From NCBI GenBank assembly GCA_963721525.1, contig CAVRJL010000006.1:29877-93876 (forward strand): a stretch of DNA of 64,000 bases. Direction: 5' to 3'. Under the pieces are notes generated by a model that was not told the origin of the DNA, searched no databases, and was given only the letters and a program-made list of their open reading frames with translations. The position numbers and the translations under genes are program-made. The DNA is from an uncultured Negativicutes bacterium (GTDB lineage: Bacteria > Bacillota > Negativicutes > JBAXTZ01). Shown in pieces: positions 61,879-64,000 of this stretch; position 1 is the stretch's first letter; every line of letters starts with the position of its first letter.

Positions 61879-62106
61879 GGGACGCTCAACTTCTCCAGTG
61901 CCACATAACCGGCCTTCTAACCGTAGGAAATAACTCAGGGCGATCTTGCAAACGTCATCCATGCGCCCCATCAACGTATCAATGATCTGATCAACGGACG
62001 GGAAGGTGTTACACCAAGGTACGCCCTGCCTGGCGAGTTTTTTGGTAACTCGCCTGGGTTCTTTATGAATATTGCAATAATTTGCCATTTATGGCATAAT
62101 AATCGT

Positions 62107-62748
62107 ATGAAATTTGATAAGCTGCTGGCTACTGTGTCCAAACAGCCAGTTTTTGAGACCGGCTTGCTCTTGGCCGGCGCAGTTGATCCCACCGATGTGC
62201 GCCGCCAGCTCTCGCGTTGGGTACAGGCCGGGCGGGTGATCCAGTTGCGACGTGGGCTGTATACTCTGGCTGAACCATACCGGCAGACACAACCTCACCC
62301 TTTCCTGGTTGCCAATTCCATGATATCAGGCTCCTACATCAGCCTGCAGTCTGCACTAGCCTACTATGGATTGATCCCTGAGTATGTGACACAAACGCTC
62401 AGCGTGACCACCCAACGTCCGGCCCATTGGCGCAACGCGCTGGGCGATTTTCGTTTCCAGCATCTCGCCACCCATCTAGTATTTGGATACCAGCAGATAA
62501 ACTTTATGCCTGGCCAGGATGCATTCATTGCCTTTCCGGAAAAGGCTCTCCTGGATTTGATCCACCTGACCCCAAACGGGGATGCCCCGGCCTTCCTGGC
62601 CGAGCTGCGCCTGCAGAACCTGGAACAGCTTGACCCGCAGCGGCTGCAAGCACTGGCAGATCGTGCTGGGAAACCCAAGTGGCTGCGCGCCGCAGCCCGC
62701 ATTTTGGTGCTGATCGAAAATGAGGCGTCAACCTACACAACCGGTTGA
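62107..62748 (+). CDS. abiEi: Type IV toxin-antitoxin antitoxin, AbiEi family
   Basis: RQLSRW...G.VIQLRRGLY (wHTH), SYISLQSALAYYGLIPE, SVTT, IA.PEKALLD. Confidence 0.8.
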   Translation: MKFDKLLATVSKQPVFETGLLLAGAVDPTDVRRQLSRWVQAGRVIQLRRGLYTLAEPYRQTQPHPFLVANSMISGSYISLQSALAYYGLIPEYVTQTLSVTTQRPAHWRNALGDFRFQHLATHLVFGYQQINFMPGQDAFIAFPEKALLDLIHLTPNGDAPAFLAELRLQNLEQLDPQRLQALADRAGKPKWLRAAARILVLIENEASTYTTG

Positions 62749-62766
62749 ATCTCGATTGACCGATTG

Positions 62767-62818
62767 AAACCCGCCGCAAGCCACGCCGTTTCAACGGCGG
62801 TGGATAAGGCGGGTTTCT
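62767..62818. repeat. IS605 left-end subterminal hairpin
   Basis: gaaacccgcc...ggcgggtttc outer stem enclosing ccacgccgtt-tc-aacggcggtgg. Confidence 0.8.
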
Positions 62819-62873
62819 CGAACAGCTTCAGCTGAGAATTGATAATTATGTTGATTAGGTGTATATTGTATAC

Positions 62874-63269
62874 ATGCCGAACGACTATCAACGTGATGAG
62901 CATCGAGTACACCTGATCGTGTACCATCTTGTTTGGACCCCAAAACGGCGAAAGCCTGTTCTCACGGGGCCAATTGCCAAAGATTGCCAGGCGCTGATCG
63001 AAAAGAAATGTGATGAACAGGGCTGGGCCATCCTGGAGTTGGCGGTACAGCCCGATCACGTCCACTTGTTCGTGAGAGTTTGGCCAACCACGTCCGCAGC
63101 GGAGGTGGTCAAAGAATGTAAGGGGATCACCTCGCACGAGTTACGCAAGAATTATCCGATCTTGAAACGGCTGCCCTCGTTGTGGACCCGCGCCTATTTT
63201 TCGGCAACGGCGGGGAATGTATCTGCAGAAGTTATCCAGCAATACATTGCGGCCCAGAAGGGTTTGTGA
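62874..63269 (+). CDS. tnpA: IS200/IS605 Y1 (HUH) transposase
   Basis: YHLVWTPKRRK.VL, QPDHVHLF, KG.TS, LWTRAYF, IQQYI..Q. Confidence 0.95.
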   Translation: MPNDYQRDEHRVHLIVYHLVWTPKRRKPVLTGPIAKDCQALIEKKCDEQGWAILELAVQPDHVHLFVRVWPTTSAAEVVKECKGITSHELRKNYPILKRLPSLWTRAYFSATAGNVSAEVIQQYIAAQKGL

Positions 63270-63271
63270 TC

Positions 63272-64000
63272 ATGCTGCTTAAGACCTTCAAGTACAGGTT
63301 GTATCCAACCAGGTCCCAGCAAGCAGGGTTGGACCAAACGCTGGAGACGTGCCGAGGTTGGTATAACACCTGTCTGGAAGAACGTAAATTTGCCTGGGAG
63401 AAAGAGCGGCGGCGAGTAGGCAAGTACGAGCAGCTTGCGAAGGTGAAAGAGTTTTGCAAAGAAAGCCCGTATGCGGCGATGGTTCACAGCCATGTCTTGC
63501 AGGTAGTTGTACAGGATTTGGACAAGGCCTATCAGGCGTTCTTCCGACGGGTAAAGGCAGGCGAAACCCCAGGTTATCCTCGGTTCAAGGGTCGCAATCG
63601 CTTTGACAGCTTTGGGTTGAAGGAGTACGGGAACGGGTTCAAGGTGGATGGTCGCCGTCTACGGCTCACAGGCATTGGGCGAGTTCGGGTGCGCTGGCAC
63701 CGGGCTTTGGAAGGCAAGGTCAAGACCGTTCGTATCCGCAAACAGACGGGGCAGTGGTATGCCTGTTTCGCCTGCGAGGTGGAAGAACAACCCCTTCCGC
63801 CAACAGGGAAAGATGTCGGCGTGGACGTGGGTATCCACCATCTGCTGGCAACCAGCGATAATGAGATTGTGGAAAATCCCCGCTGGTATCGAGAAGGAGA
63901 GCAAAGGTTGCGGGTCTTGCAGCGGCGGGTCTCACGACGGAAACTGGGTGGGACAAACCGGCGAAAGGCAGTGTTGGCCTTACAACGCCAGCATGAGCAC
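63272..64000 (+). CDS. tnpB: TnpB RNA-guided endonuclease (3' truncated; not in the ORF track)
   Basis: KTFKYRLYPT..Q, CR.WYN..LEER, LDKAYQAFFRR...GETPGYPRFK, GQWYACF, RuvC-I VGVDVGI, V.NPRWY, LQRRVSRR..G..NRRKA. Confidence 0.93.
   Translation, partial: MLLKTFKYRLYPTRSQQAGLDQTLETCRGWYNTCLEERKFAWEKERRRVGKYEQLAKVKEFCKESPYAAMVHSHVLQVVVQDLDKAYQAFFRRVKAGETPGYPRFKGRNRFDSFGLKEYGNGFKVDGRRLRLTGIGRVRVRWHRALEGKVKTVRIRKQTGQWYACFACEVEEQPLPPTGKDVGVDVGIHHLLATSDNEIVENPRWYREGEQRLRVLQRRVSRRKLGGTNRRKAVLALQRQHEH

Larger units (their letters stand above)
62760..64000 (+). mobile_element. IS200/IS605-family insertion sequence (left end + tnpA + tnpB; right end beyond the window)
   Basis: Subterminal hairpin, Y1 transposase and TnpB in tandem. 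Confidence 0.9.

Noticed and set aside
1-64000. CRISPR array, tRNA, rRNA, prophage; the many short antisense ORFs in the track
   Set aside because: Repeats are two-copy tandem duplications without spacers, and I found no cloverleaf, rRNA or phage hallmark. The short ORFs lie opposite or inside well-supported genes and carry no motifs.

Overview
Two compositionally unrelated segments are joined at about 60,100. Segment 1 (1-~60,097) is very AT-rich (by eye roughly 25-30% GC). It looks like an anaerobic Firmicute with Negativicutes/Clostridia-like gene order, a type-A RNase P RNA and an O-antigen-ligase-like gene, and it appears to be undergoing genome erosion. Housekeeping genes are intact: addAB, gmk, dapF, rpoZ, metK, priA, mltG, recJ-apt-relA, hisS-aspS, rpsB-tsf-pyrH-frr, lepB-rbgA, fba, thrS, valS. 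It also carries a reductive pyrimidine catabolism cluster, an acyl-CoA dehydrogenase/EtfAB operon divergent from pduL plus a Kal/Acl-type ammonia-lyase, and a multimeric [FeFe]-hydrogenase operon that is cut off at the junction. Erosion signs are pseudogene relics (dtd, hydrogenase accessory genes, a partial inverted etfA copy), decayed regulatory leaders (SAM-I, T-box), probable ATT start codons, an in-frame amber, an A13 frameshift and repeated exact tandem duplications. An unexplained GC-rich ~110-nt structured RNA with its own promoter and terminator lies at 15.8 kb. Segment 2 (~60,098-64,000, >50% GC) holds a TPR protein, an AbiEi antitoxin and an IS200/IS605 element (tnpA-tnpB). It most likely comes from another organism (chimeric join or concatenated contigs). 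All family calls come from motif recognition by eye; no searches were run.
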